A stretch of DNA of 63,893 bases, filler included, from Intoshia linei (lineage: Eukaryota; Animalia; Orthonectida), in assembly GCA_001642005.1 (NCBI GenBank). It is 4 parts of 4 records of this genome, joined end to end, with 100 filler letters (N's around TTAATTAATTAA, not from the genome) between each part and the next. Parts side by side here need not be neighbours in the genome. Positions count along the whole stretch, not along the records: positions 1 to 28,124 come from LWCA01000421.1; positions 28,225 to 37,231 come from LWCA01001402.1; positions 37,332 to 52,805 come from LWCA01000910.1; 1 more part is not named here. The stretch is one strand, 5' to 3'. The notes beneath the pieces were generated by a model. That model had not been told where the DNA came from. It saw only the letters and a program-made list of their open reading frames with translations, and ran no database searches. Made by a program: the position numbers and the translations under genes. Of the stretch, positions 24,344-37,760 are shown in pieces; the first letter of the stretch is position 1, and every line of letters starts with the position of its first letter.

Positions 24344-26660
24344 ATATAAGGGTTAATCAAACCAAAAAATAAAAAATCCAATTTTACCAACCATTAAACA
24401 CTTTTCCAATATTTTTTTGAAAAATACTATTTTACCAAATCTTATAAAAAAAATCTCTCATTTCAACACCATTATAAAACTCCAATATTACTAGCGCTCA
24501 ATGGAAATATCCTCTTTTTGCAATATTATTTTGAAAAATCCAATTATATTAAATCTTATGAACAATAACTTCCTTATCCAATACCCAAAATAAAAAATGA
24601 GATTATACCAACCTTCAATAAAAAAATCATCTTTTTCTAATATTTTTTTCATAAACACGATTTTACTAATTCCTATGATAAAAAACCTTTTATTTTTTCA
24701 TTAATGTTTTATAATTCAGGTATCCCTTGGGGTCAAAAAAATAAATATTTTAAAATGGAGTCCGTACACTATTTGAACCGGAAACCACTGCATTGAAACA
24801 ATGAAAAAATGAGAATATTTTCATTTTCATTCCACTTAACTTATATTTGTAGGTCATTTCATTTTATATAAGTAATAATAAACCATAATTATCATCATTC
24901 ACAGCCTGTCCGAACTGACATTTAGTTAAAAAAAACTCATCTAAAATTTCAACATTTTATGATTGGCACACTTCCAAGAGTATTTTAAAAAAAATTTAAA
25001 AAATTCTTAGTAGAGTTTTTGAGTAAAGCTCAAAAATGTATATTTTTCATCAAAAATTTAAATAGATGGAAATGATAATGATCTATATGATCTATAGTAG
25101 CATTTTTAAGTAAGTTTTTATTATTGAATTTATTTTTTTAGTAGAATTAAAAAAGTTAGCCCTCGGCAGAGCTAGGTGCTGTTTGTACCAAGTACATAAC
25201 AGTTAACTTAGTTTGAATATAAAATAGAGAAAAAAAGAAAAAAAAATAAAAAAAAACTCTACTAATTTCCTAATTGTCGACGTTATTAGTGGTTACACTA
25301 TTTATGATATTAAATTAACAGTAATGTAACTGCAACTTTACATTTCAAGTGTTTTTACTTGATTCTCATTTTCTTTGTATTTTATTTTCTTCAAGTTTGT
25401 TTACAAGTTTGTAAATAAAATAACTAGTAATGTTAAATGTTATCGATTTTTTAATTAGCTGCAATTAAAATAAGAATAAAATCGATAATATCGATATTAC
25501 CCACAAAAAAATCATTACAAATTAGTTTTTAAAGATTTACTTTAAATTAAAATTTTTGTATAATTAGGTTGAATTTTAACATTTAAAAAAATTTTTATTT
25601 GCAATCTTAAATTAAATCGACAATTATAAATTACAAAAATTTTACATTATATCTCCGTTTTTAATAAATTAGAAAAAATGAAAACAATAAAAAATTTTCA
25701 TATTTTAAGCATTGCATTTGTAAATTACCATTTATACTTAAACAAAGTATGCACATTAAATGACAATATCCAATAATACAAATAGGCGGAGTAAAGGAAA
25801 AGTGTTATCGATATCTCAATTTAATTTACAAACTTGTCAACAATTTCTCACATTACATCAATTGTATATTGCTTTGATTATAATTATTTCTAATTAAATT
25901 TGTAGTTTTTACATAATATCGAAAATATTTGGTAATTTAATTGATACAATTATAACATTCAGTATGATAGTGAAATCAATTAGTTGGTAAATCAATTACG
26001 CTTCATGTCTCGTATAAACTGTCTGTGTAGATTTAGTCAATGTTGAGTTTTTTTTAATATTTTTTAATGTTTTTTAATTTTGAGTAACCAGTAAAAATCC
26101 ATTTTACAAAATTAATAATCCATAATTGAATTAAATTTTTATTTACATTAGATTATTTTTTAATTTAAACTACTGTAAGCATGTTTTTTTTTTAGGTGTT
26201 AAAAATTGAAAATTTGTCAACTACAAATAAAATTAAAAATTATTAGCGTCACATTTTTACATTTACTGTTACACTTTTGCATATATTCCAATTTAAATTT
26301 GATTAATTTTTATGTTTATATTTATTTTCATTTAAATTATTCTATAATTTTTCCCAACATTTTGAAATTTATAAAGCGAAAAAAATTAACAATTTGGAAA
26401 AATAGACAATTTTCGTATTTACATTAAAAGGTAGACGTGTTTGTAATAATTGAAAAGTGACATTTCAAAATTGAATGGAATGTATATTTTGGCACGTTCA
26501 GAGTAATGACCATTGCATTTATACAATTTGTGCAATTTCCAATTACTAGTTGTGATTATATTATTATCATTTATTACTCTTGTACAAACATTACATTTTT
26601 GGCAGTTTAATTTCAATTTTCATAATTCATTTACAACAGATTTGAATCAATTCAGTGGCA

Positions 26661-26992
26661 ATGTCTCTGCTAAATCAATCCAAACCAGTAAATATTAATC
26701 ATCAAATTGATGAAAAAAAATGCCAAAATCACAATAACATTTTTAATGGCATGAATGAAAAGTTTCAGATTGATATTAATCGAGATGATAAAATTAACAA
26801 ACTTAAAAGAATTCGTACTAGATATTCTAAACATCAATTGTTGGAATTGGAACATAATTTCTCACTTACTCATTATCCAGATATTTTTATGAGGGAAGAA
26901 TTGGCTGAAAGAGGTTTTATATATTTATTTTTCTAGATTTTGAAATCTTTTAATTTAAATTTTTAGTTGGACTCGCTGAACCTCGCGTTCAG
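26661..26992 (+). CDS. otp: PRD-class homeobox gene, most like Orthopedia; partial (exon beginning VWFQN not found)
   Basis: [38 protein letters not shown] plus micro-exon 26967-26992 VGLAEPRVQ|gt; KR-x-RTR and [13 protein letters not shown] are Otp-typical. Confidence 0.8.
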
Positions 26993-28124
26993 GTAATTAT
27001 AATTTTAAATTTATTTTATTTTTTTATATTTGGTTATTCACGATTGTTTTAAATGATCAGTGATTACGTCAAAAAAACTGTATGAGTCATATATGCGTCA
27101 TGTAGGCTACATAACGTTTCACATGATGTTATTTTAAGCACTTTTATGCATTTACTCAGTATATTGTCCTGTATTTTTGTAAATAACCAATTTTAATCAA
27201 AATTTGTAGAATCGATAAATTAAAAAATACACAATACTAAATTATTTTCCGTATATTATTCATTTAAATTTAAAAAAATCCAAGTCAATTTTTCGGTGTA
27301 GAATTTAAGATAAATTTCAAAATCAAATTCAAAAATTAGCACCTTCAGTGGAGGTTCTTCACGGCCAAAATTACAAATTATCCTTTTTTTGAAAATAATT
27401 TGAAATGATTTAAAAATCGTGGAAACTTAAAAAAATGTTTATTTTGATACAGCTTTTCAAATCATGATAATTATCATAAATTAAAACCTCAAAACTTGCA
27501 GCTTCACGATTTTTGAAGTTTAAAGCATTTTCATTTTAAACGACGCTTTTTATACATTATGTTTGTTTGTGGTTTTTGACCCGTAAGATGTGAAATTGGG
27601 CGGTTAGAATATATTTTAATATACGTCCCGGAAAAAACTAATGGAAATGAAGTCTTTAAAAAATTTTAAGACGGGTAGTTATTTAAATAAAGTTGAACAC
27701 ATAGACAGACACACACATAAACAAAAATCGCGTATCATATTATATAAGTTAAGGTATGAATTTTGTTAATTTTTAACTTGTCAAAAGTGACTTTACAACA
27801 ATAAATTTATTTTTTATGATTTAGATCAGGGTGGCCCAAATAATGGCCATGGGACCGCATGCGGTCCGCCAGATTAAATTTTGTGGCACGCTAAAGTTTT
27901 TACATACAATATTTAAAATCATCAATTATTATACAAAATATATTACAAATGTATTAATACTAAAGTGTAAAACAGGTAAATAAAATACAGTCTGACCCCG
28001 GTTTGGGTCGAACCTCGGCAAAGGCGCCCCGCCTTTTGGGCACTTTTTAAATATTGTATTAATTTCATAATATTATGTACTATTTCCTATAAATAAGTGT
28101 CAAATAAACCTCGTTTTGGGGCAC

Positions 28125-28224
28125 NNNNNNNNNNNNNNNNNNNNNNNNNNNNNNNNNNNNNNNNNNNNTTAATTAATTAANNNNNNNNNNNNNNNNNNNN
28201 NNNNNNNNNNNNNNNNNNNNNNNN
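28125..28224. other. Scaffold gap with TTAATTAATTAA linker
   Basis: N-run with central 12-mer; same form at 37232-37331 and 52806-52905. Confidence 0.97.
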
Positions 28225-30051
28225 GATGTGCTTTATCCAAAACAGAACCAAGAATAGTTGAATTGTCAAAAATCAAACAGAAACATCCTTCCTCGTGACT
28301 CTATGGTCACACTGGGAGTATATGGGTTAATAATGTTAATAAAACATTTTTTAAAAATTAAATAATTTTTTTGAACATGTTTTATTTGGGGGTTCGCGAG
28401 CAAAATTAAAATTACAAATGGACCAAAAAATTAAAAAGTTTAAGAACCCCTAATCTAAATTAATCGAATCTAGTAGTGTTTCAAACTTTACGGTCTAAGA
28501 CTTTTAAAAAATGGAAAAGAGATGTTTTAACAAAAACGCATGTAAATAATAATTTAATTTAGTTCATAATTATTGTAGCGAAATTAAGACACCATATAAA
28601 ATAAAAAATGCAATTAATAAAGGAGCTTTATAACAATTAAAATTAATTGAATTTAAAATTGATCGAGTGGCTTAGATACCTGAGTTAAGTTTTAACGAAT
28701 TGTATTTTAAATATACATTTAGTTTCTTTAAATGTCATCAAAACCATTATATAATCAGTTTCGTCTTTGATAAATTTAAATGGCTTTTCAACTCTGTTGA
28801 TTTTTTTAAAAAAATTTAAAATAAATCCATTTGATTGTACACAAAATATATCCAATGATAGTCTTTGCTAAAAATCACTTTATTCGTATATTACGTGGGT
28901 CGGAAATTACGAAATAACCAACCTTCATGCAATTTTCATAAAAAGTTTCGGTTGCATCGTCCATATCTGATACATTACCGGATATAAACGCAGCACAATA
29001 ACTAAATTAAACCATTATACATGTATGCATAAAATTTATGCTATGAATCCTTACTTATATAAAGTAAAAATAGCTAATAATAATAATATAGTATGCGTGT
29101 AATCATTTACTTAGAATACCTAGAGTCCCAGAAATTTCAAAAAGATATCCAAATCAGTTTTTTCACATATATAAGTCAATAAAAAATACATTGGGAAAAA
29201 CAACACTATATAATTTCTGTAGCCCAATCGACACTGGCAAAAGTTTCTTTAAATTCAGTGTGGTGACAGGGTGATTGGAAAGATCTATAAAAAACAACTT
29301 TCATCTCTGATTTTAATTTACCAACATTAAAAAATAGGTATACCATAAAATATTTTTTTTTTCAGTAGCTACCCATTTAACGATGCAATTTACAGCTTTT
29401 ACAAAGTTGACGCCATAAATAGATTCTCCCTTGTTGAATCTAAAGAGGTAATTGGTGAATATTAAATAATATTATTCTAAAAACATTACTTAATACTATT
29501 AATATAAGAATCAAATTCAACTTTATCTTGAAATTCGGATGATGTAGTTATATCTAATCCTATACAGTTGGACGAATTAAGGTACATGACAATAAATATC
29601 ATCTAAAAATCAAGTAAACCTATTATAATGGGTACAATAATAATTGAATTAATAATTGTAATTAGTTTTCGATACTGAGTTTGAAAGTTGGACCTGGTTA
29701 CTGTAAATGACATGAGAATCAAGGACCATATCAAATTTTTCTTTCATTAATTTAAAGAATATTTTTGATTTAGTAAGTATTACTTACGGCGTAAGTCTTA
29801 CGCGTTAAGTCAATTTACATAAAATTATCGTTGATCGAAACCAATGTCTCGTTAATTTTATACGGATTTTTTCTACATCATACATACTAACACTAATATA
29901 AATTATATGATGTGTATAGAAACTGGACAACTTTGTTGAGAAGTGTGAAATGCATCATTAGTTTAATAAAAAATATGTATGGAAAATGGTAAAATTTCTG
30001 TTTATCATTAAAGCAATAAAATCGAAAACGGTAAGAAACATACGTATAAAT

Positions 30052-30224
30052 CAAGGATTCTCAACCTTTTTTAAACTATCGTCCCCTATATTAAAAAATA
30101 ATTATATTTTTTCAAGATTATCGCCCCTTCCAAAAAAATTTATCATGGGTTGCTTAATTTATAAAAATATCAATTTGAAAATAAGTTTACTCTGAAAATA
30201 AATCGCCCAGGTCGAGAATCCCTG
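30052..30224. mobile_element. hAT/Charlie-type MITE
   Basis: TIR caaggattctcaacc / ggtcgagaatccctg; perfect TSD gtataaat. Confidence 0.85.
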
Positions 30225-30692
30225 GTATAAATAACTATATTACGATGAATATCATATATTTTATGAGATACATATGTATGTGTTATTTTTTATGTATATC
30301 AGAGATCGGAAACCTTATATAGCGATTGCATAACTTTCATGGGGCTTCATCATATTTTGTATCGATTCAAATAAATAATTCCGATGATAATATTGGCCGA
30401 TTATAATTATTATAAATTATATATTATATGTATCAAATGATATGCCTGCAATTATAGGTTAAATGGAATGAAAATCCAAGTACTTTCATTTTTTGTTCAT
30501 ATTTCATATACATGTAAGGTGTCTCAAAAAAAATGAAAAATTATATTTTTGAACATCCTTAAGTATAATAGTAATCAAATTTAAAAAAATGATATTTCCA
30601 AAATATTAATGTATTTCAACGAATATTAAAGATAGCCTGGGCATTTAAGTAAAACATAATATTTACTATGACAATTTATAACAATTATTGTA

Positions 30693-32406
30693 CAGTGGAA
30701 TCTTGATAATACATACAACTAAATTACACAAAACATTTATGCAATATTGTTTATTACTAAGAGAACTTTAAAAATGAAAAGTAATAAAGTAAATATAGCA
30801 CATTCTTTAAATTCTTTAAACACGAGAACGAAACTTTTTAAAATTTAAAAAAACGAAATTAATTATACGATGAAACGAAAAGCAATCAATATGTTAGAAA
30901 AAATTGATATTATCAAGAGGTTAGAATGGAAATCATACACAGTGGTAATAAATATGAATTAATAAATGATATAACGAATGCCAGGTGGCAACTGAACTTG
31001 ATATGACCAGACATATAATGGTCACAATAGCTTGACAAAAAGAACAAATTCTGCAACGAAGTGATGATAGTAAAAAATCTTTGAAAACTAGAAAAACCTT
31101 TTTCTAACCAAATTATACCAGCTGCATATTACAATTCTAATAAAGGATGGATGAACCGATATGTATTCAATAAATGGTAATATTAATATTTATTTTTTAT
31201 ATTGTTTTAAGGTTCCACGAAGAATTTGTTCCATCAGTAAGAGAATTTTCAATAAAAAATAATATTGAACCCAAAGCATTGCTACTTCTCGATAATGCCC
31301 CCGCACACAACCAATTGGAGCAATTGATTTCTGATGATGGCATGGTATCTGTCTTATTTCTTCCACCAAATTGTATTTCTATTCTACAAGCATGGATCAA
31401 CATGTCATCAATTCTATTAAGCAAAAATACTTAAAAATGTTAATGACAGTTATGAAAAATGATGAGATTGAACAAAACTTGAAAAAATGAACATTTTCGA
31501 TGTTGTATCAATGTTGCAAACTTCATGGGAACGGGTAACACCAAATGAGATACAAAAATCCTGGAAAGTGTTACAAATTGGCCAAGAAAGCAACTATAAT
31601 GATGATATTGAAATCGATGAAATGTCGGCAAATTTATCAATCGATGTTGTCAATAGGTTTAATGAATTTATAACTCCACATGACGATACCTTTCCTTCTG
31701 ATTCAGAATCTGATTTTGAAATTATGGCTACTCCACCATCTAATAATCTATTTAAGAATGAAGAAAATATAGATTTGGCTTTAAAAAACGTTGAATCATT
31801 GATTGTCTTGTCTAGTAAAATTGATATCCATATTATGGACTCAGAGTTGGATTTTTTAGAAAGATACAAAAAAGAATTACAAGACAAAAAGTCTAAATAT
31901 TTGTAGATTAAATTTATTTTTAAAACTTTATTATAGTCGTTTAATTAAATTATATCACCATCATTTAATAGTATACTACAGGGGTGTCAGACTCAATTTG
32001 CTGGTCTGTGACACAAAAAAACATCATCATTAAATTAATAGGATATGTAAATAAAAAAATAAGTTAAAAATTTTGTTATAATGAGGGACGCATAATTGAA
32101 CCCTGGTATACTACAGTATGATTATAAAATTATAGATTTTTAATTTTTTTAAATAACGAATAAATTAAAAACGCGCCCATATTATGTTTCATAAACATTA
32201 TTTTAATAAACTGCGATCCTTTTCGTATTTTTGAAAAATAAAATTAATAAATTATAGCATAGATTACTATTTTATACACAATACTCTATATCAATTCAAT
32301 TTGAAGTTTTTATATTTTCTTGAAATATAAAGTTAAATTTAGTATTTGCTGTATGTATTAACAAGTGTTTTTACTAACAAGCGTTTTCAGAATCAAATTT
32401 CCACTG
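30693..32406 (+). mobile_element. Tigger/pogo DNA transposon with decayed, internally deleted transposase (HTH plus DDE_1)
   Basis: TA|cagtggaatcttgat ... atcaaatttccactg|TA; MKRKAINMLEKIDIIKRLE at about 30870; GWMNRYVFNKW|FHEEFVPSV, ALLLLDNAPAH, LFLPPN; frameshifts after about 31390. Confidence 0.88.
31979..32105. mobile_element. hAT MITE nested in the Tigger element
   Basis: caggggtgtca ... tgaaccctg with perfect TSD gtatacta. Confidence 0.8.
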
Positions 32407-35400
32407 TACATTAGATATCACATTTTTTCGAAAATTTTAGAATTCGATGGGCAATTAGCACTAAAAGTGTGTATCTTTAAAATAGAAAAACTAATTCGCA
32501 ATCAAAAACACTTGACGCTATCTATTCGAGTTGTGTTTGTCATTTTAAATATCGATTTAAAAATATTATGAAGAAATTAAAACTGAACTTTATTTTAGCG
32601 GAAATTGGTGTTTCAGCTTTTAAACGTAGTACCGACTTTATAATATTGTTTTCCATGTTTAGTTATACTGTTTATTTTTTAAAATTTTTTCTAGCTCAAT
32701 TTTTTGGGATTTTATTAACGCTTTAATTTCTCGAATTCTGGCTATTTACATTATTTAAATTGTATTCAAAGCATCCAAAAAAAATGATTGTATACATAAA
32801 ATAATGTTATATTTTAAATTTATTCTTATCCTAATTCTAAATTTGACATTTTTATATGAATTTGAATAATTACATTTGACGGGGTAAATATTAACCGAAT
32901 TTTTTTTTGGGTGGTAAATGCTTAAAATCAAAAAAGTAATCCACATGAAAAATGGGGTTTTTTAATAAAAAAAAGTGGACACCCTAATGGTAATATTTCT
33001 TGTTATTATAAGATTTTGAATAATACATGACGAATTAATATAAACAAAACATGATCAAAACCATGTAGGCTCCTGAGACCATGAAAAATTTTATCAATTT
33101 TAAATTATTTACAGAAATAAAATAAAGTTAAACATGATATTTCCGCAATGATAGTGATTATTTCTAATTAACGCCATCGAATTTAATAAATTAATTAATT
33201 TAATATCTATTAAAAATTTGATGAAAAAAGTAATAATAATAATAACTTCTAATTAGTAAAAAAATAAGTTTATATTTATGATAGCCATTAAAAAAATTGT
33301 TATAATGCGGGCTGCATAATTGACACTCCTGTTCTAGAGTAATAAAGATAAAATTTTTATTAACGGAATTTTTGGATTATACAAATTCATTATGAAAAAC
33401 AATAAATAATTCAAAATTCCGTTAAAATGGAATTTCCGCCACAAAAATTCCGCTGCACTAAAAACTTACAATAAAAGAATTTCCTGTATCACACAAAATT
33501 CTGTATGCACAGTTGAGAAACACGGCTCTAATAAAATATTTATGAAACGTCTTATCAAAATTCAAAATTCTGTCAATATTGAATTGGTTTTTAAATTAGT
33601 AAATTGTAATACCTAATCCATTGGTTCTACAATTCGAGTTATTATAAAATATTTATTTAAAATGTACATTATTTAAAACTATCTTGACTGTTATGTACTT
33701 CGTACAAACTAGCTAGCTTTGCCGAGGGCTGACGCTTTAATTTTAAAAAAAAAAATTTATGTCAGAACAAAAAACTAAAAAATATGATTTAACTGACCCA
33801 GTGTGAAACGGTGTATAGTTCGTTGTAAATTTTTAGCTGGGCGCACACAAAATTTGTTGAAACTCACAAATGCCAGGGACCACTGTTTGAAAAATTTTAG
33901 TTTAAAAAATATCATAATTACCAAATTACCTAGCATTAATTTAAATTTTTTAGAAATAATTATCTCTTTCTGTACTAATTATTATCAACTTCTTACTGTA
34001 CTTTACGATAATAATTATAACTTTTTGAACTTAATATAATACTAATTATATTTTTAGTTATTATTATTATTATTTTTAATTGGTAATTCATATCATGACA
34101 CTCGTAGTAATTCTCTGATTATTCCATCAAATTTTAACTTTTTGTGCTTATACTAGACCTAATGATAAGACACCTAATGCTTGCTTACGAATGTCAAAAC
34201 CAAAATCGACATCGATATAGCTGCAATGATCAATGAAAAGTAAATTAATATGTCAAAAATTTTAATAAATATTTTTTTTATGTAAATAAGCAGTGCAATG
34301 GAGAAATTTCTTTTTGAAATTAGAGTAAGAGCAAAAAAACTTAGGGAAGGAATGACGAAATAATTGTTTAAACAATTATTTAATGTTGCAGCCGCGAAAT
34401 TTATAAAATGTACTTTTTGGTCCACACACGCCTCTTTTTATATAAAATTTTTATGACAATTATTAAACTAATAATTACAAATTTAGCTAATAGGTTAAAA
34501 AAATTATTCAAAGGATCCCTGGTTACCGATCCCTGATGTATATTAAAACCTTTTTACACTTGTATGTAGTCAAATATCTAAAATAAAATATTAATATTGT
34601 ATCATACATCTTTACTTATATAATATGCTTTGTTTGACTGTGTGTTATCGTTTATTTCAATAACTACCAGTCTTAGAATTTTATAAAGTCAACATTTCAA
34701 TTACAGTTTTTTCCGGGGTGTTAGCAAAATAAATTTCAATCTCCCAAACTCTCATCTTACGGTCAAAAAGCCCAATTGCCCTTTTTTTCGAAAATCAAAC
34801 GAGTTTTAAAATTTATAAAAATATATATCTTCAGGGCCAAAACCCTAAATTACCCTTTTTTTTAATGAAAACAGCCCTAGAATTTAAAAAAATTTACAGG
34901 TGGTACAGTTTATAGTCAACACACAAAAAATTTCAATCTGAATAATGTATTTATAAAATGTAAACATTATTTTGCCATCAAAAGTTTACTGGTTTGAACC
35001 AGATTTTATAATTAATTAAAAATTCTTTTTTTTTCATGGTCACAGCATATTCTTGATTGTGAGTAATAACATGTAATGCAAATGTAAATTTTCAATTATT
35101 AAAAAATATTTAACCTAAATTAATTTAAAAAAGTATATAATTTCATGTTTATTTTTTCGGCAAATTTTTAGGTAACCAATGTAATATTTAAATTGATCAG
35201 CAATTAAGCAATTAATTATTTTAAACACTATTTATCCCGATGGGATTTTAGTAAAGTTGAAATATTTCATTGATATTATATGATCTATTAGTAATCGAAT
35301 TATTTTAATGAAGGTCTTTATTATAATTTTTAGACCGCCGACTTATCTCGCGCTAGTTTAACGAACACTTTGGTATTTTTTAAAAATTAACCACAATCTG

Positions 35401-36109
35401 TACCTATAAATTTTGTCAAAGTAATAGTAATACATCCGATCAAAAATTTTGTTCATATCACAGGTTCTTTCAATTATTAAAAGTAATTTCATTGTTCTTT
35501 GATTCATTGTTGATTTATCCATTTTGACAATAATTTAAATTTTAGATAACTTTGTTATTAACATTTTACGAAGCAAGCAAATCTAGGTTGTTATAGTGGT
35601 CGCTTTGCTTCATTAGGGTCTACAACTTTGATTATTATGTACTTTTATCATTATATTTTATTACACGTCAAAATAACAAGTTTTTTTTCCAAATTATGAA
35701 TACAGTATTGTAAAATATTTTTTAAATATTACAACTATTTTGATTCAAATGTAAAGTTTCTAGCCCAGACCTTTGGAAAGGCGGCTAGGGACTACAATGT
35801 AGCAGCTATATGACATTACGTTTTCCAATTTTTTAGGCCTGATCAATGCTAGGCTCGATTTTTGAATTAAATCGGAAAATAATTGATTGCATTCTTAGTT
35901 AAATTTTGTTGGTTAATTATAATTATTAGTTAATGTTTCAATAATCAGATATGAGTTATCAAATGTAATTTGACGGCGGTACACCAGACAAGTAAAAAAA
36001 TTAGTAATCTATAATGTACAATTAAAATGTGAACATTTAATATTATAATCTTTATACATCTATTTACAATTTAGTCAAGACAATTTATATCTATGATGAA
36101 TTAAAATTA

Positions 36110-36547
36110 TCAACGACAGACTGAATGATATTTTGATCTAAAAAAAGATGTAAAATAAATTAAAAAAATTATACAATGCCTGCAAAGACGATACTTGTAC
36201 AATTTAAACAATTCCAAATTATTTTGCTTGTAAATATTATTGGTGGACCAAGTTGGAACGAGAAACCCGCAAGCAATCAATAAATCATTCTTAACTCGAT
36301 TCGTTACATTTGGATATAAATTATTCTAAAAACAATATAAAAATTTTAATTATAATGGTTAAAATCATACCAAAACAGTAATAAAATTTATTTTATTTAT
36401 ATTGGTGGATAGGTTCATTTTATGAAGGGTGATTTCAGCATCATCTCTTGAATCGTCATCTTTTGATTTAAATTTTTTATTACATGTCGAATTAATTGTT
36501 ATAATTGTATCGTCATCGTTTTTAAAATGGTCTGTTGTTCTTTTCAT
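36110..36547 (-). CDS. Small orphan gene, 2-3 exons, about 116-130 aa
   Basis: ATG 36547; exon 1 ends ITVL|gtatga; in-phase exon NNLYPNVTNRVKNDLLIACGFLVPTWS...; ends SKYHSVCR*. No recognisable family. Confidence 0.5.
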
Positions 36548-37231
36548 AAAATATAAATATTTAATGTCAATTTTTTATTTTTGTGTAAGATAAAAATTTG
36601 AATGTTCATAAAATGTTTACTTTAATTTCAAAATTCACAAAATATTCATAATGGGTAACCAAGATGAAACTAGTTTTATTATTTAGTGATATGACAACAT
36701 ATGTAGGGCGAAGTGTAAATGTGTTAGTACTACTAAATATAACTTAGTGTATTGTTGAGTTTACAAGTTTATCTTATTTTTAGATTTACTTGTAATATTT
36801 TGTTAATTTATTTCAAAAGCAATCTAAGAAATGCACATTTTATTATAAAAAAATGTTAGAGAAACCATAACTGGAATCATGACCATTGAAAACATCTAGG
36901 AAAGTCGTAGTGGTAACATACATTTTTGTATCATAGGTCTGGATATATGATGTATATGCACAATTTAAATTTAAATGTAAAAATTTTTTTGTGGCTTCTT
37001 TTTCAAAAAATAATAATTTACACTCAATTTTTATTGCAAATTTCGAAATTAATACTTTAGAGCAGTGTTTCCTAACCTTTTATTTCCAGTGCCCCCTTAT
37101 AAAATTTTCACATAATAGCGCCCCCATTAAAATTGAATACAATCGATATAAACAGATTAAATCGTCAAACTTTTTCGATTGTAATAAATTACATATTGTG
37201 GTAGCGACCTAAGCAGTGAAGTAGAATTAGC

Positions 37232-37331
37232 NNNNNNNNNNNNNNNNNNNNNNNNNNNNNNNNNNNNNNNNNNNNTTAATTAATTAANNNNNNNNNNNNN
37301 NNNNNNNNNNNNNNNNNNNNNNNNNNNNNNN
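37232..37331. other. Scaffold gap with TTAATTAATTAA linker
   Basis: N-run with central 12-mer. Confidence 0.97.
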
Positions 37332-37760
37332 TTGATATTGTTATCAATCTTCAATTACAATTGTAATTGAAATTTTTTTATATTTCAAAAAACCAATTTA
37401 TTGCAATTAATTGCAATTATTTTTTATAAAGCAATTGATTAAAAAATATTTTTTCATTTTTCAATTAATTAAAAAATAATTTTTGAACAAACAATTAATT
37501 GATTTTATTTTCAATAATTGTTATCAATTAATTGCAATTAAATTGGTTGCAATCAATTAATTCCAATCCCTGATAACTATTACTTTTTTTCATTGTATAT
37601 GGGACTTACGATTTTCATTGGACCCTGCCTACAGTTGGATCTCTGCGACCATCGGTATTGCCATTGTACTGATTTAATATTATTGAAAAATTGGCATCAA
37701 TAATGTATTAATAAACGTATATTCATGACACGCTTGATTAATTTCGATAAAAATTTACCG

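Noticed and set aside
24360-24690. CRISPR-like periodic ttttaccaa repeats (also about 3900-4090, 16370-16550, 40140-40440, 57780-57990)
   Set aside because: Degenerate ~30-bp tandem units inside DNA-transposon remnants, with no unique spacers and no cas genes, in an animal genome.
28169-28180. TTAATTAATTAA palindrome in the middle of N-runs (also 37276-37287, 52850-52861)
   Set aside because: Identical six-frame-stop linker inserted at scaffold joins; not biological.
31197-31887. Minus-strand ORFs 31197-31424, 31440-31640, 31594-31887
   Set aside because: Antisense to the Tigger transposase remnant.
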